A stretch of DNA of 64,000 nt from Chrysomallon squamiferum (GCA_012295275.1 CM022671.1:13640001-13704000); one strand, 5' to 3'; counted from the stretch's first letter, positions 39,521 through 54,700 are shown. Translations and numbers: made by a program. Notes: generated from the letters alone by a model not told the origin.

Positions 39521-42199
39521 CTCTCTCAGTTTTTCTAAATTAGCCATAGCCATTGTTGTATACATATAATGGCTCTTGGATTTGTGTTGTATGTGGTGTG
39601 TTTTCACATTTGACAGTAGAGGAAAATTATTAAGTGAGGAGGACTGAGTATGATGATTTTGGCTAAAACAAGAAAAGATGTCAGTTTAAACTTGTACATG
39701 TGTTTGTTTAGTAAGTGTTTCAATATACACTCTACATGCATACACATATACAGAAAAATAAAGAAAAAGAGTAAGATACAAAAATCAAAAAAGAAAGAAA
39801 GAAATCTTCAGAAATAAAAAGAAAGTAAATGAGAGAAACCAAGTCAAATAATAGGTGTGTGTGTGTGTGCCTTAAATCATGAAATATCAGTTTGTTGTCA
39901 TAAAAAAAATATTTCATCAAGTTAGGTTCTCTGTCATAATGTATTTTTTCTTGGATTGCATTACCACCTTCAATTTTCAACTTGAAAGGTTTGAATATAT
40001 TGGAGTATACTCTGTTGAATATATTTCAAATTCAACATAATGATCTGCTATTTTTTTGATATCTTCCAGAATAAAGGAAACATAAATTTGTTTTTTTTAT
40101 ATTATTTACTGTGTGTTATTATTATGACATTTACTATATTTCAGTTCCATTTATTTCTACTTCCAACCAGTGTACCATGTCTGTCATATATCTGAAATAC
40201 TATTATTATTATTATTATTATTATTTATGCCTAAAAGACATTTTACAGCTAAATGTCACAACATGTTTTCTGTTTCATTATTCTATTACTAATAATTTTC
40301 AGTTCTATTAGTAATAGAATATCAGAGACTCAAATAGACAGTTCCATATCTAGAGACTGAAATGGACAGAAATAAACACCCATTGCATAGACCTATGATT
40401 CTATGAATTAAGAAAACTACAATAACGTCATTTTCCAAATCTGTACCATCTTCAAATAAACCACATATATCATGGCATTGTTGGCTGTTTTTCTCCTCAT
40501 CCCTTTTTGTTTACTGAAAATTTTGTATGATATGGAAATCTTTGACACATTTCATGTATCAGTTCATTACAGTTGCTGTAATACAAGTGTTCATTAATTA
40601 ATTTCCATATGTATTTTTTATAGCTAATTTATTATTTCATATTTTCTCTTTCATTATTCCATTATTCCAGCTTGTGTACCACAAATAGCATATTGAAACC
40701 TACAGTATGAGCATGTTTAAAGGATATTTTATAGCTAGCTGACGGTTTTCTTCTCTCTGTCTATCATACAGCCTTTTACTGATTAATAAATATGTAAAAA
40801 CAAAGCGTTATTAAATTATTCAGTTTTTTACAGCAGCATCACATTTAATATTGCATTATGCTAATTTTTAAAACAAAATTGTTTAATACTCTATTATTTT
40901 TTTTTTACAATCTTTTATGATTATTCTGAAATTGATGAGAAACATTACAGTAATTCTATTTTATTATTAATATTATCTTTAATTAAGTTATTATATCTCA
41001 TTTGTTTTAGTATTACATTTTGTTTTATTTTATTATTATTTTCTTTTTCTTTTGAGTCAAATTCAGTTAAAATATATATCTTTTCAAATGTTACAAATTA
41101 TATAAACATAGATATTAGCTGAAAGAGATTATCATTAAGCCTCCCCCTACCAAAAAAAAAAAGTTTGTTACTGGAATAATTATTAAGCTTTTTCTCCCTA
41201 ATAAATCTGTTCACAAAGGTGTTTTATGTATGTGGGTTCATATATATGTGAAAATCTGAAAATTATCAGATTAAAATATTTTAGTGCTCATCTTTCATAT
41301 TACATATTTCTCTGAATGAAAGAATATTTAGGATATCTCAGTATACTTTAATGTCATTATTTTTTGGTTTTACATACAGGATATTTGTGTATGTATGTCC
41401 ACTAATACAACTGAGAGGAAGCATGCCTATTGCCACAGCAAATGAGGAAAGTAATAAATATTTGAATGAATGACTATTTAATGGCACTTCAATTTTTTTT
41501 TTTTTTTTATACAGATGGTTATTAATTTTTATTAATAAACAGTAAGTGACTCTGTTTTATAAGTGGCTCCTTTTACACAGCAGAGTGCACACACACACTC
41601 ACACACTTTACACCAAACACTATGAAATCCATTGTCAGCTCTTGAGAAGAGCATGAACAGAAGAGGATTGATCTTTTGACCATTAATGGCCAAAGACTAT
41701 GGTGCAACCACCGCAGAACTTCAGCCTGATCAAAGGCTTGAACAAATTACACTGAACAGTAACCTTATATTACTTGTTTTCTTTTTCTTATGCATTACCC
41801 TGACAGAAACCAAGTGTGTATGTAACTATTAGTATTTTCTGTCATGTGTCCTGTTCACTTCTAAAATAACTGATTGATTGCTTTTGACCTACTAAATGTA
41901 TTTGGAAATAAGGATGAAACATGTAAAAATGTAGTTGGGCTTGTAACATGAATCTGGCCTAAAGGGTAATTATCTTTGGTAATTATTTCATAAAAATACA
42001 AAGGATGGCCATAGATCTTGTTCAGAAAGAAGGAAGTTATGATTTATTTAAAGATACACTCGGCATAAATTTTAAGTATTTAAGCTGACCTCTACAATGC
42101 TTTGAATTTAGAATATTTCCTACATCTACAGGCAGTGTTTTAGTGGTTAAATGTATTGAGTTGTAAAAGAATCTCATATATATTGTATAAAACCTGATT

Positions 42200-42305
42200 T
42201 CAGTTAGCAGCAAGGATCTGTTTTATACGTCTTCCCATGGATAATAGATCATATAAAATAATCTTTTATAAATCTGTTGTAGAGCCCTGGCTGGAGTGGG
42301 TAAAT
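42200..42305. mobile_element. Decayed SINE core (Nin-domain-like), opposite orientation to the 51665 copy
   Basis: ttagcagcaaggatctgttttatacgtcttcccatggata resembles the reverse complement of 51665-51711. The segment ctgttgtagagccctggctggagtggg resembles the reverse complement of 48455-48476 and 3738-3760. Confidence 0.55.
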
Positions 42306-42968
42306 GAAGAATAACTGGCTGGGCTGTAATGCTGTTGAGCACATATATTAATTATTGATAGTTTAATATGGATATGAAACTTATTGCAGTCTTAATAAAT
42401 TGAAGAAAAATAGTTAAAAATTACTTTAAATTAAAATAACAGGAATGTTTTGCAAGTTAGAAAAAAACAAATTTCATTATTTTTTTTAATGTAATAATAT
42501 ATGCAGGAAAATAGATTGTTATGAAATATGTAATTAATACAACACATTATTATTTTGTTTATTTACTGCCAAACACAAAGTTTAATGTTTAGTTATTTAT
42601 GTGTCGAATGTTTAAGTAAATATAAACTTTTTATTTACTATTTATTTGATTTATTGGTTAAAATTTTATTTTAGTACCCACTTTTACCTTTTAAAAAAAA
42701 TGTATTTCATTTAACATTAATAATATTTTTATTTTATATTGTTTAAACTGATTATTTTTTAATATTTTTATTTTGTTCTAATTTTTTTTCAGGTTGGGGG
42801 ATATGGTTTATTTGTTGTTTTTTTTTAAGTGAAATTATTTTAATTTTATTGTTATTACTAGTTTATTTATTTAATGAAATAAAATAAAATAATATAAAAC
42901 TTGCTGACATTTACATTAAACAAACATTTTTAAAAATGAGATTATCTGTTCTGCTGTACATCAGTGGA

Positions 42969-43019
<51 letters not shown>

Positions 43020-44505
43020 ATTGTTTAAAAATAATCTGTACTGGCTGATACAGACAGCACTGATAATATAGAATTCTAATTGCAGTTAACTTTTATTTAA
43101 TATTATTATGTATTCAGTGAACTTGTCATTTTTAAAGGATCATTGTCTTAAAGTTTTGAACTTTGATACAGCATTTTTTAAGAGAATATAATGTCTTAAA
43201 ATAATTTCTACTAGTCAAGGAAGTCTTCAAACCTCTTTCATGAGGATATCAGATTTGAAATTAGTGGGAGAGAGAGAGAGAAAACCTCCCAACGGTCATC
43301 TGGAGTTTAAGCAAAGAATAACTGGTCAAGCAGTGGTTGATAATTATGCCCATTTTGACAACACTAAGCTGCAATTATCTTAACAGACTGTGTAAGGATT
43401 TGTCACTAATCCACTTGTCTCTAAACATCCTTTTTTTTTTTTTTTTTTTTGTCTAATCAGAAAACACCTGTTCTCTATAACGTGAAAATAAAACATTCAT
43501 ATTATCACGCAGTGTGTAAACTGAGGTCATAGAACCATGATTAAAATACCTCTTGTGTTCAAAAATAAATAAATAAATCAATCAATCAAATTAAAATATA
43601 GGAAAGTCTTTGACATTGTTTTTATTTTTGAAGTCATGTGTAATAATTCTAGTATGGATCATTCACATTCACAATACAGATATATATATATATATATATA
43701 CACCCATGCACAAAGTTATGATACATAAGCTTACACATGCACAGCCAAATAGAAATTGTAAATTTATGTACTCATCTATTATTACACATAAACATTATAG
43801 CAGATACAGTCACAGATGCACTTCTCACAGCCATCCACACTTTATTTTATTATTAAAATTATTTATTTTACATGGTTGTAGGATAGGATAGGAAAAAAAT
43901 TAACGTGCTAATCAGAGCAAGCTGTTGTGAAGCACGTCTGCGATGGGCATGCTTTCTGACATGGTTGTTTCCCTTCGTCCACTTTATACTAATTCTAATC
44001 ATCTTCAGCATCTCAGATTGCTTTTTACTATGTTGTCTTGTGAAAACATTACATCTTAATCTTATCAAGAATTTAAAGAGAACTGTTTTTATTAAACAAA
44101 TGCTCAATAATTTAACAGGTGTACTCTATTATTATTATTACATCAGTGTAAATTTTACAGTTGTTGTTTTTATTGATTAGTTGTGTAAGGTAAATAATCG
44201 TCACATTGATGTATGAAAAACATTTTATAGTTTTGTGTTTTTTATTATTTTTCTTTTCTTTTTTTTCTTTTATGATTGTATATTATTTTTTTTGTTATTA
44301 TTAAATTAAAATTGGATTATTTTCTTTTTATTAAATTTGAATGTATACTTGTACATACAAACAGAATTTCATTTATATATCCATATCACAACTACAAACA
44401 CACAGATATTCATAACTATATCCAGACCAGTGTAGATATCTGAAATGGTGATAATATACATTGTGTGTGTATCTATCTATCTATCTATCTATCTTTCTAT
44501 ATATG

Positions 44506-44589
<84 letters not shown>

Positions 44590-44593
<4 letters not shown>

Positions 44594-44820
44594 GTGTCCA
44601 TAAAGTTACAGTTACTTGTAATAACAAAATTTCATGATTAGACTAAAAACAATGTTCAGAAAATAAATGTATTACATCAGAAAATATTGTATCAATATAA
44701 GCAATCAGTTTTACTTACTACAGTTATGATAAATGTTGAAATTGTAAGCCATCAGCTTCAAATCTAACCATGACATTTCTTTATTACAAACAACTGTATA
44801 GTAACTTTACGGACACCCTG
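44590..44820. mobile_element. Tc1/mariner-type MITE, 231 bp
   Basis: 20 bp TIRs CAGGGTGTCCATAAAGTTAC and GTAACTTTACGGACACCCTG with one mismatch. CAGGGTG termini are typical of Tc1/mariner. The expected TA target duplication is not intact (ca on both sides, next to a CA microsatellite). Confidence 0.8.
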
Positions 44821-45405
44821 CATAGATATATATAAACACATACAATCTGAAATGTATGTTAACTTGCTTATCTATATGATATTATGCATAATTCTATGAC
44901 AGGATATTTTTGTTGTAAGCTTTCTGTCTATTCACAAATTCTGCTTTCAAGACTATAATTAATAAATAAGCATATTATATTTCAGGTACACTGTCCACTG
45001 ATTAATTAAATGGATCACAAGTTTTGTTTGTTAGTGTTTCTTACATTCTGTGCACATACCTTTACTGTGTACCTGTAATTTTTTTTTTTCTTTCTCTGGT
45101 TGTCTGAAAAGCAGATAATAACTTAATAGACAGGGCTAACCATGGTTCACTGAGCAGTGTTGCACTGCTGTTGATAAAAAGAAATGATACATATGTCAAA
45201 ATATATCTAGATTTCAGAGTGGGATTATGAAAAGATCGTTATTCAGTTTATATGATAGTTATACATGTATAAAACTAGTGTGTTTTTCTCACTAGTGGTG
45301 ACTTTGTTTTTTATGATCACAATCATTTTCTTCACAATTTAGCATGCATCCAGCAGAAAACATTTGAACATATTGGTCATTAAAAAATATTATGTTAAAT
45401 TTATA

Positions 45406-45436
<31 letters not shown>

Positions 45437-46972
45437 ATATTTAATTATTTGTATCTGAAAATAATATTATTTGTTCTACAGTCTTTTTATGTTAATTTAA
45501 TTTTCTTTCTTTTTTTGTTTTTTGTTTTTGATAACAATTTAAAAGTACACAGTAAAGTTTTTTTTTTTTTTTAAATTTATTTTTGAAATGGAAAAAGAAA
45601 ACAGTTATTAATTGTTGTAATCAGCAGTAGTGTAGAATAAGCAGCTTTTCTTTCATGCTAACATCAAAAACCATCAATGTAAATCTGTTTCTGTATAAAC
45701 ACTCTACCTAGGAAAATACTCAACCAGATACCTAATTCACGTTACAGGTAAAAATCTACAGTAATCACAGGTTAATGTAATTAGACCATTCTATATGTGT
45801 TTTTTTTAATATAGTGACATAAAACAGGTGCTTTATTAAAAATTTAATCAAATTAATAATAATAAAACCTGGCATTTAAAAGAATAAGAAACAAAAGAGC
45901 CATAAATTCTTTATTTTTCCTTTCTTTCTTCTCTTTTGATAATTTTAATTTTTCCATTTGTATTTTAATTTAATTTTTTTTTTTTCAATATTTTCCCATT
46001 TTTCTTAATATTATTTTTCATATTATTTTCCATTTTAAAATAACTGTAGCTTATAGTTTAGAATTAGCAGCTTTCCTTTCATGCCAACATTACATAATCT
46101 TATAACTAACTATTAACGTAAAATTACTGTTGTCATTGGTTACTATATTCAAATTAGAGGTAACAAATCTACAATAAGCAGCTATGATTTAATTAGGCCA
46201 TTTTATTTACATTTGGTTTTATATGCAGTGATTTTGCAGTATTTTATAAACTATCTCATAAAGGTAATCAGAATGCTTATTTTCTAATCAGTTCACTGAT
46301 GAAGTTCCTGATTAGATGAAATTCAAACTGGAGTAAAGCCTTTAGATTTTAATTCCATTTTGAAAAATTAAAAAAATTAAAACAAAGAAAAGTAACAGAG
46401 AAAAAGAAAATAACTGAAACAAGCCTCACAATATTCATTTAATTTTTGTTATATTATTTAAAAATTAAAATTATTAACAAAATATATAAAAGAATTAAAT
46501 TAAAAGTTCAAATACAGAACTGTTAAAAAGTTAATATAGGTGAATAATAATTATTTTCCATTTGAAAAATTAAAATTAATTTAAAATAAATATTCAAATT
46601 ATGGTGCTGAAAGGAAATTTAATTAATTTAACTTTTGATCATTAATATGGAACACAATTATTAAAATATGTCTTTCATCAAAAATTTTGTTAAATAAATA
46701 ATAAAATTTACTGCTTAAAAACAAAAAAGTCGTAAATTCTTATTTTCATTTTATTTCTTTTTATTTTTGTTTCTTCTTTTTCTTTTTCCTGTTTTTTTTA
46801 AACTTCATATCAGTTGTTTCTTCTTTCCCACTTTTAAAAAAATATATAATTAATCTTTCCTTTTCTTATTATTTTTCCCCCTTTTTTTTAAAAAGTCATT
46901 CCATTTTCCATTCTGTTCATTATTTCATCTTATTTTTTGAATTTTAAAACTGACTTTTCTTATATTTCTTCT

Positions 46973-47062
<90 letters not shown>

Positions 47063-48190
47063 CAGACTTATCAGGAAGCAGACTATTACGACATTTCTTT
47101 TACTCACTCTTTTTCATTTTCAAAATAAATCTTTTGACATCTTTTTCTAAATTCTCTAAACCTTTGAAACAGATGTTTTTATTATTGCTGTACTGATGTC
47201 ACTTTTAATAATCATCAGTAGAATAATTCACGTAGAAAATGATGTTAAACTGGGTTTATAGTAAGTATTGATTTGGTGTATGGTGTCATAGTCAGTATTG
47301 GATTTAATGGTTTACTTTTTGTATGTGTGTAATTGCTGTAATTTACATAGAGCTTGTATTAATTTTGTATATTAAAGTAGCCTGGATATCTGATTAGATA
47401 CTAGGAATACTGTTTATTTTAATTTCAAAATAATCTTGTGGTAAATATTTAATATCTAATGAACCAAGAGGAATTCTGGAATTCTGTCCTGGTTCCAGAA
47501 CACATTTTTACCTTGAGAATGCTGACATCTTGATCACTGGCATATTTGACCACTGACATTTTATCCTGCACCCTCCATGTCATAACACTAACAGCATCAT
47601 TCATTAATGTGACTATTCTTAGATATGTTTAGCTTTGTGTAGAAGAATCGGTGTGTCTGTACTGGCTGTTTTTTTCAGGGACCACAGATCAGCATTAGGG
47701 ATATGAAATTTGAAAGTACAATGCACTGAAGAACTCATGAAGATTAATTCTGCAATGCTCTGTATCACAGTCAGTATTAAAATTGCTGGGTTACCAACTT
47801 CTCACTTAATTTTTGCACTGTGCTTTTCAGATTGATATTTAAAATGTATAGGTACCGATATGAAAACTGATGTGTAAGTGACATGGAATTGTTTATGTGG
47901 GGAATATTCTGTAGGTGGAATTCCACAGAAGAGCAGGATTATGACCGATGAGGTGGAAAAAACAGGCATTAAGATTCTCAAGAGTAAATGAAGCTGTTGT
48001 TGGTGTTTACTGGATGTGCCATCTGTCAGCACAAAGTCTGGCAGTTGTCCAGGCACTCTCTGTATACATTCAGGTTCTATACACATTGACTGATTCTGAA
48101 AACCATTCCAGAGATCTCTTCTGCAGATAATAAGAGAAAAACAGCCACAATCTACTGCCAGTGTTAATCCCCCATGCCAAAACTTCTTAG

Positions 48191-48230
48191 TGAACAAACA
48201 AGGTGGGGACCCACCCACCTTGTTTGTTCA
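48191..48230. repeat. Perfect 17 bp stem, 6 nt loop hairpin
   Basis: TGAACAAACAAGGTGGG-gaccca-CCCACCTTGTTTGTTCA. Confidence 0.9.
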
Positions 48231-48442
48231 AGTTTTCACTTTCCAGTTTTAAATTACAAAAGTTCACTTGATGTTTAGGAAGGAGCATTCTTAATACACA
48301 AGAGAAGATGTTTGTGGTGAATGCAACTATGTCATTGTAAATAATGTTCAATGCTTATATTTCCTCACCTTTTCCTCCATCTCATTAAGCCTTTTGGAGC
48401 AGACAAGCTGAATTTCCATGACTGTTCTTTGGTAGTGCATGA

Positions 48443-48525
48443 GTTGGCTATTTTCCTATTCCAGTTATTGCTCCACATTATTATCAATGAGAGTTCTGGT
48501 CTAAGAGAATTTTCCTTCTGCTGAT
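48443..48525. mobile_element. Decayed SINE core fragment (Nin-domain-like)
   Basis: ggctattttcctattccagttattgctccaca...ttccttctgctgat resembles the same core as the 51665 and 42200 copies. Confidence 0.4.
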
Positions 48526-49034
48526 AAAATACAACAAATTTATTTGCACAAAACCCAACTATCTCACATGACAGCTCTGTTTATCAAAACTACATGTAAG
48601 TTTTCCTATGATATTTTTTATTTTTAAATACAGGTTTACATTTAATACTTGGGAACGATCTGTTTATTATTATTGTTATTATTATTATTATTATATTATT
48701 ATTATCTTTTTACTATAAGACATAAACAGACAGAAAAATAAGTGATACTGGTGTGTTTTTTTCAAACTTTTCTTTTAAATCTTCTTTTTTCTCCCCATTT
48801 TGTTCATATTTTATTTCTTCATAAAAAAATTATTTGTCTTTCAGTTAGCAAAAACTGCCATGAAAGTTTTATAAATATGACAACAGTTACTTCAAATATT
48901 CATTAAATATTCAGTACTGACAACTTATTTGTACTTTCTTATAGTGAATCTTCTTTCACCTTGGTGTTACATAATAAATACTTAATGTCCATAGATCTAA
49001 ATAATGCTCTTATTTAAGCTACATTAACAACATC

Positions 49035-49066
<32 letters not shown>

Positions 49067-49638
49067 TATATATATAAAAGAAGAAAATAATGACAAAAAT
49101 AATTTGAATATAACTAGATAATGGATTATGGATAATGGATATTTAAACATTCAGTATTTAAGAGTTTGTTGGTTGTTGTCAGTGAACTGTGCAGTAATAC
49201 ATGTAAAATTCATCTTGGAATAAAGAAAGTTACAAATATAATTGACATGCTAGAAAGTGTCAAATTTTCTATATTTTAGAGCCAGCTGACTGTCAAAAGG
49301 TTTGATAGAACAGTCCATAATGTTTAAAATAATTCATACTTAATGTTTAAAGATATTTAAGCCACATTACTGACTTATACATTCTTTTTTCTTTTTGTTT
49401 CTTTTTTTTCTTCTGTTTTTATATATATATATATATATGATTTAAAAAAAAAATTCTTAGTATTTATACATTTAGATGAATATTGATCAAAGAACATTTT
49501 GAATAATTGCTAAGATTTAGTGATGTTAAAAATATGGAAATAACAAAATCATGATGTATTTATATTTCCATCTATGAAACTATATCACATGAGGCAATGA
49601 AGACACTCATATTTAGGAAATATGAATAATAGTTTTTT

Positions 49639-49669
<31 letters not shown>

Positions 49670-51664
49670 TTTGTAGTTTCAAACGATGAATTCTCATAGG
49701 TAGCCAGACAAAGAGATGTGTGAATCATTCTTCACTTTCTATTAGTGCATGCTAATTAGGTCAGATCTGTGTGGTTGCCAAATGTGTCAGCAAGAGGTCA
49801 GTTATCATCAGCAGCAAATCTGGACATGGACAAAGAAAGGGAAAAGCACCATGGTTTCTTCGTCAGTCAAATTTATGTGTTATTGACAATATGCCAAACT
49901 CTTCTGCTGTTTGTGCAGAAAGGGATACTTGTTGCTACGAGTAACATGTGATCATATTGATCCATTTCAACCACCACAGTTTAATGGCAGTGCCCACTAG
50001 TTTTATAAGAAAAAAAAAGAAGGAAAAAAGAAAAAAGTTGTGTACTGTCAACTATTAATATGTATTATTATTGTCAAAACAGATCTATAATGTTCTAATT
50101 ATAGTGGTTAGGCTACTAAATATTTTATTTGTGTATGTATGTACGTATGTAAGAACATATTCCTCTATTGATTTCTAACCTATATTCTTCTGGTTATCTA
50201 CCATTTATCATCCACTGATCTGTCCTTCTGTTTATTCACGTGTATCCTGTATTCATATATGCCTTTTTACCATCTTACTATCTATCCATCCATCATCCAT
50301 TCATTTAGCCAGCCATCATTCCTTTATCTGCTGGACACTTCATTTATCTTTATTCATTTATCACTGTCCACTGTTCAGTCCATCCATCCATCCATTCATC
50401 CATTCATTCATTCATCAATCCATATATATGTGTGTCATATCATTCACTCCATGCATAGAGTTACTGGGTATTTTGCATCCATCTGTTAGACTTCCTGTTA
50501 CAGTTTTCAATCAGTCCATATTACACTGGCATTGTTGGAATGTAAAACGAGGCATTTAGTAGTTTAATGGTAACACCTCTTTTAATTATGTGAAAAAATA
50601 TAATTTTTACAAGAAAAAAAATATATATATTTTTGACATCTGCTGGATGTTGACATGCAAAACACTGTTGAAGCAGTAAGTATAATTATGACTGGAGGCG
50701 AGCATTTAGTGTCTCTTCACATTGGCACGTGGCAGGACATACCACCTTCATTTACACTTTGATGTCTGGACGCATGTCAGCAATTATTATAGTGTAGTGT
50801 TACGTTTTGCCACCAGCACGCTGGTGTGTCCAGCTTTTGTCTTACACAAAGATGTTTTTACCTCTCGCAGCACTGAAGAGCTGACCTCCCCCCATCAATA
50901 GGCAGCTGGATTTATTGTGGCCTGTGGTCATTTGTTATCTACTTTTCAAATAATGGAAATCAAAACAAAACTGTTAATGGACCAATATACGAAAGATAGA
51001 TTGATATTTATTTTGGTAAAGAAATATACAAACAAAAAATATATTGTAAATGTTGGAAAGATTTATGTGTTCTGGTAAAATTATTCTGAATATTGGAATG
51101 ATATATGTATATATATATATATCATTCCAACATTCCAAATAATTTTATATATATATTTACACACACACACCTTATAATGTGAATTAAAAAGCTATAAATA
51201 AACCTTCCAAAAAAAGAAAAAACCTCAAAAACTAAACATACTGTAAATAATTAAAAAAAAAAAAATAATAATAATAAAAACCAAAAGAAGAAGAAAAATA
51301 AAGATTAATACTTAGTTGATGTTTAACTGTTTCAGTGGACTTTGTTCAAGATTACTGAAACTAAAAACAGATCAGTGTGGATACTTTAGAAATGTAAATG
51401 ATTTAGTACAGCTTAATTGAACTCACAGGAATGTAGTTACAGAAGCTGCCATTGTTTCAGTGTTATTGAATTGACAGCAGACCCTGGAATGAAAAAAACA
51501 AAACACATATTTGTAAACATTTCAGTGAAGGCTAATGATTTATTTGTAATTACTACCTGTTTTTAAGAATAAACAGCAAAAGCCAGAGGAAGCCAGCCGT
51601 CTGTAACTCAAACCTCAGGTCTGAGAGTGTGTAGGAGAATCCTCCTGAGTCACGTTAATTGTTG

Positions 51665-51712
51665 TTTTCCTGTCTGTAGGAAGGTACATATAAATATCCT
51701 TTACTGCTAATT
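51665..51712. mobile_element. SINE core fragment (Nin-domain-like mollusc SINE), best-preserved copy
   Basis: tcctgtctgtaggaaggtacatataaatatcctttactgctaat closely resembles a gastropod repeat core I recall as tcctgtctgtgggatggtgcatataaaagatcccttgctgctaat. The family name is from memory. Confidence 0.6.
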
Positions 51713-54700
51713 TTATGACTACATCATGAGGTGCCAGTAGGGCTTTTTTCATCTCATTGTTGTTACTATCTGGGTGCTCTTTAACAATGTACATAATTCT
51801 CCCATATAAATATATATATATTAATAATAATAATAAATTATAATGTATTGAATGCATGATAAAGTAAAAAGATACATTCTTCCTCAGAATTATTGATAAT
51901 TTTATTGGAAATACTTCTACACAACTGTTACCAATTTGTTGTCAACAACTCACAGGATGTACATTAATACTTCATCAACAAGGTTTTAATGATTATAAAG
52001 GTTTTTATGAATTATATCTTTTCCTCCACTAAAATAACTGAAATTTTTTTCTCAGTTCCACAGTGTTAAAAAAACAATAACACATTATTGATGTTATATC
52101 CACTTACCTCTGATTTTTAATTTTTTATTAATATATTTATTAGTTGTTATTATAATGTTGTTTATTATTTTTATTTATTTTTATTATTGTTATTTATTAT
52201 TAATATTATTATTTGATGTGTATTTGTTCATGCATGCATGTTAAGAATAACAGAAAAAAAAATATGCATGTATTTCACATAACCAGAGATGTTTCTTGTA
52301 TTAATATTTTAACTGATGACTGAAAAACAGAAGATATCATTAAATATTGACTTTCGTTAGCTCTGCAATAAGTTGCAGATTAGAAATAACACTTTTATGA
52401 TGATAATGATCATCATCATTATTATTACTTTATTATGGTTATTATAATTAGTAGTAGTATTACATCTAACAGGTTGTTTTTTTTATCAAAAACAAATGAG
52501 TTTTAAGTTCACTGAACTTTGTTATTTTATACCTTTTAAAATTATGCTTTTATTTTGATGAAAGTTTGAACAGTTTTTATTAGATTTTATGTATTTGTGT
52601 ATATTTTGTTGAGCTAACATAACTACTAAAGTACATTTGGTTATTTGTAATTTGGCTCACTTATTAGTATTTTTTTAGATTCTTGATTATTAACAGAGAA
52701 AATGTATATTCAACATGCAAAGTTGAATTAATTAATACACATTAGAAAAATTGGTGTTAATAGGCAAAGATGTGCTTTTTTATAAGTACACACACACACA
52801 CATATATATATATCTTTTGTCGTATTGAATACATGCATACATACAACTGAATTTTCATTAAATACACAATTCATTGGTGTTTTTTTACATATAGGCCTAT
52901 GTAAATAGTCTCAGTATGTCTGACTCATCAATACTGAGAGCAAACTTATACACAGACACAAACACACACACACACAAGCATGTACAGAAAAAATACTACA
53001 CATGCACAATAACAGACACATATACAAAAATGCTTGCTGACACATAAGTGCATGTACAGACACCCACTCACATATACAAACATGCACTGGAAAGCCTGTT
53101 TGTGATCTAGGTTGTAAACTTTATGTGCCCTGGCTGTAATAGACAAAATTAAAGATCTAAGTAATTAACTTGAGGTCAGTGTACACCAGCAGCAAATATG
53201 ACTTATTGATTAAATGACAACTGCGAGGTAGATACACAATAAATGTGTTTGCCTTGTTATATCACATTCCATCCACATTCTGCTCTCTCTTCCTTCCCTT
53301 TCAAACAGCTGTCTGTTGGTCTGTCACACAAGTTCCTTCCAGTCACTTTGATCCTTCACTGTCTCATCATTTCTCCTTACATTCATGTGTCATCCATTAT
53401 TTGCCATTCTCGAGTCTTTTTACTTCTTCTATTCATTCATTCATCTGTATATTTGTCCATTCGCATTCTCTCTTTCTGATTCAACTAACTGTCTATTATT
53501 ACATGGATATGTATATGTGTGGGTGCATTAAAGATCTATTTAGAGTGCATTTCTTATATGTTATTGTTTATTTACCAGACTTGTATCAGTTCACCTGTCC
53601 ATCTGTCTAGAAATCCATCCATCCATTCATGTGTTTCTACAACTTTGTGTAAAAATGTTGAATTATTAATAAAAACTTGTTTACAGATTGTATGAACTTT
53701 CCCTATTAAAATCAAGTATATTTATGTCCTATATACAGAGGGACAGGTTTCCATGATGAATGTATCCTCCAGCAATTTTCTTTATTACATGGATTACTGG
53801 CTGTAATATTGCAGTACATAGCTAACTACATGCCTGAATCCACTACATTTCTGCATGCTAATAAATCCATGTCATTCCATAGATGGGTGTGGGTGTTTGG
53901 TAAATAGGAGGCCAGTGACCTGACTCGAGAACCTGCTTCAAGGCCATGTAGTCACCATGGAAAACTTGTTATCTTCAGTCACGGCAAAGAAAACAACAAT
54001 CTGATTTGGAGCAGGGATATGAAGGACAATTGTTGAGGGGGGTGTTTACTTACCACTGTTGACCACTATGTAAAAAAAAAAATCACCCCATGTCTCCAAA
54101 CTTGGTGTCACCCTCCTCCCTAATGGCCACTGATGTAGAGAATAGATTAAAATGAAATATGAACCCTTGTGATCTTTCAGACATGCTCTTAGTTTAATTT
54201 TATATTGAAAAAAAAATAATAATAATAAAATAAAATAAAATAAAGAATTCTCAAAAACTCATAAACTTTTACAAATGTGACCACTGACAGGTGATTTTCA
54301 CATAACAGTGAATTCTTTTGTTGATTGTGAAGATTTCACAACAATCACACTTGTTTAATGTCAGTTGTAAGATTCTGAGGACTTGATTTTAATAGAGGGT
54401 TAAAATTACTGGACAGTTTTTAAAATAATAATTATCTGGAACAGGTGTATGTATATGTATATAAAAAGATTTAGATTAAGTAGAATTCCATAATGTTTGG
54501 TTAGTCACTGTGTTGATGATGTTAAGGTAAGAATATATTTTCATCCTCAGGAACATACTTGATAAAATTATTTATATTTAACCATATAACAGTAAAAAAT
54601 TTCATACTTGCATATACAGGTCATATATCAATGTATAAAGCATATATAATCTCATTTTTGAATAAGAAAAACATTTATTAACTTATATCATTGAAAAACA

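Noticed and set aside
41686-41758. Possible first coding exon MAKDYGATTAELQPDQRLEQITLN
   Set aside because: It is short, the donor is weak, and I found no recognisable homology or partner exon.
54022-54132. Possible hAT-type MITE
   Set aside because: The terminal similarity is too degenerate and no target-site duplication was found.
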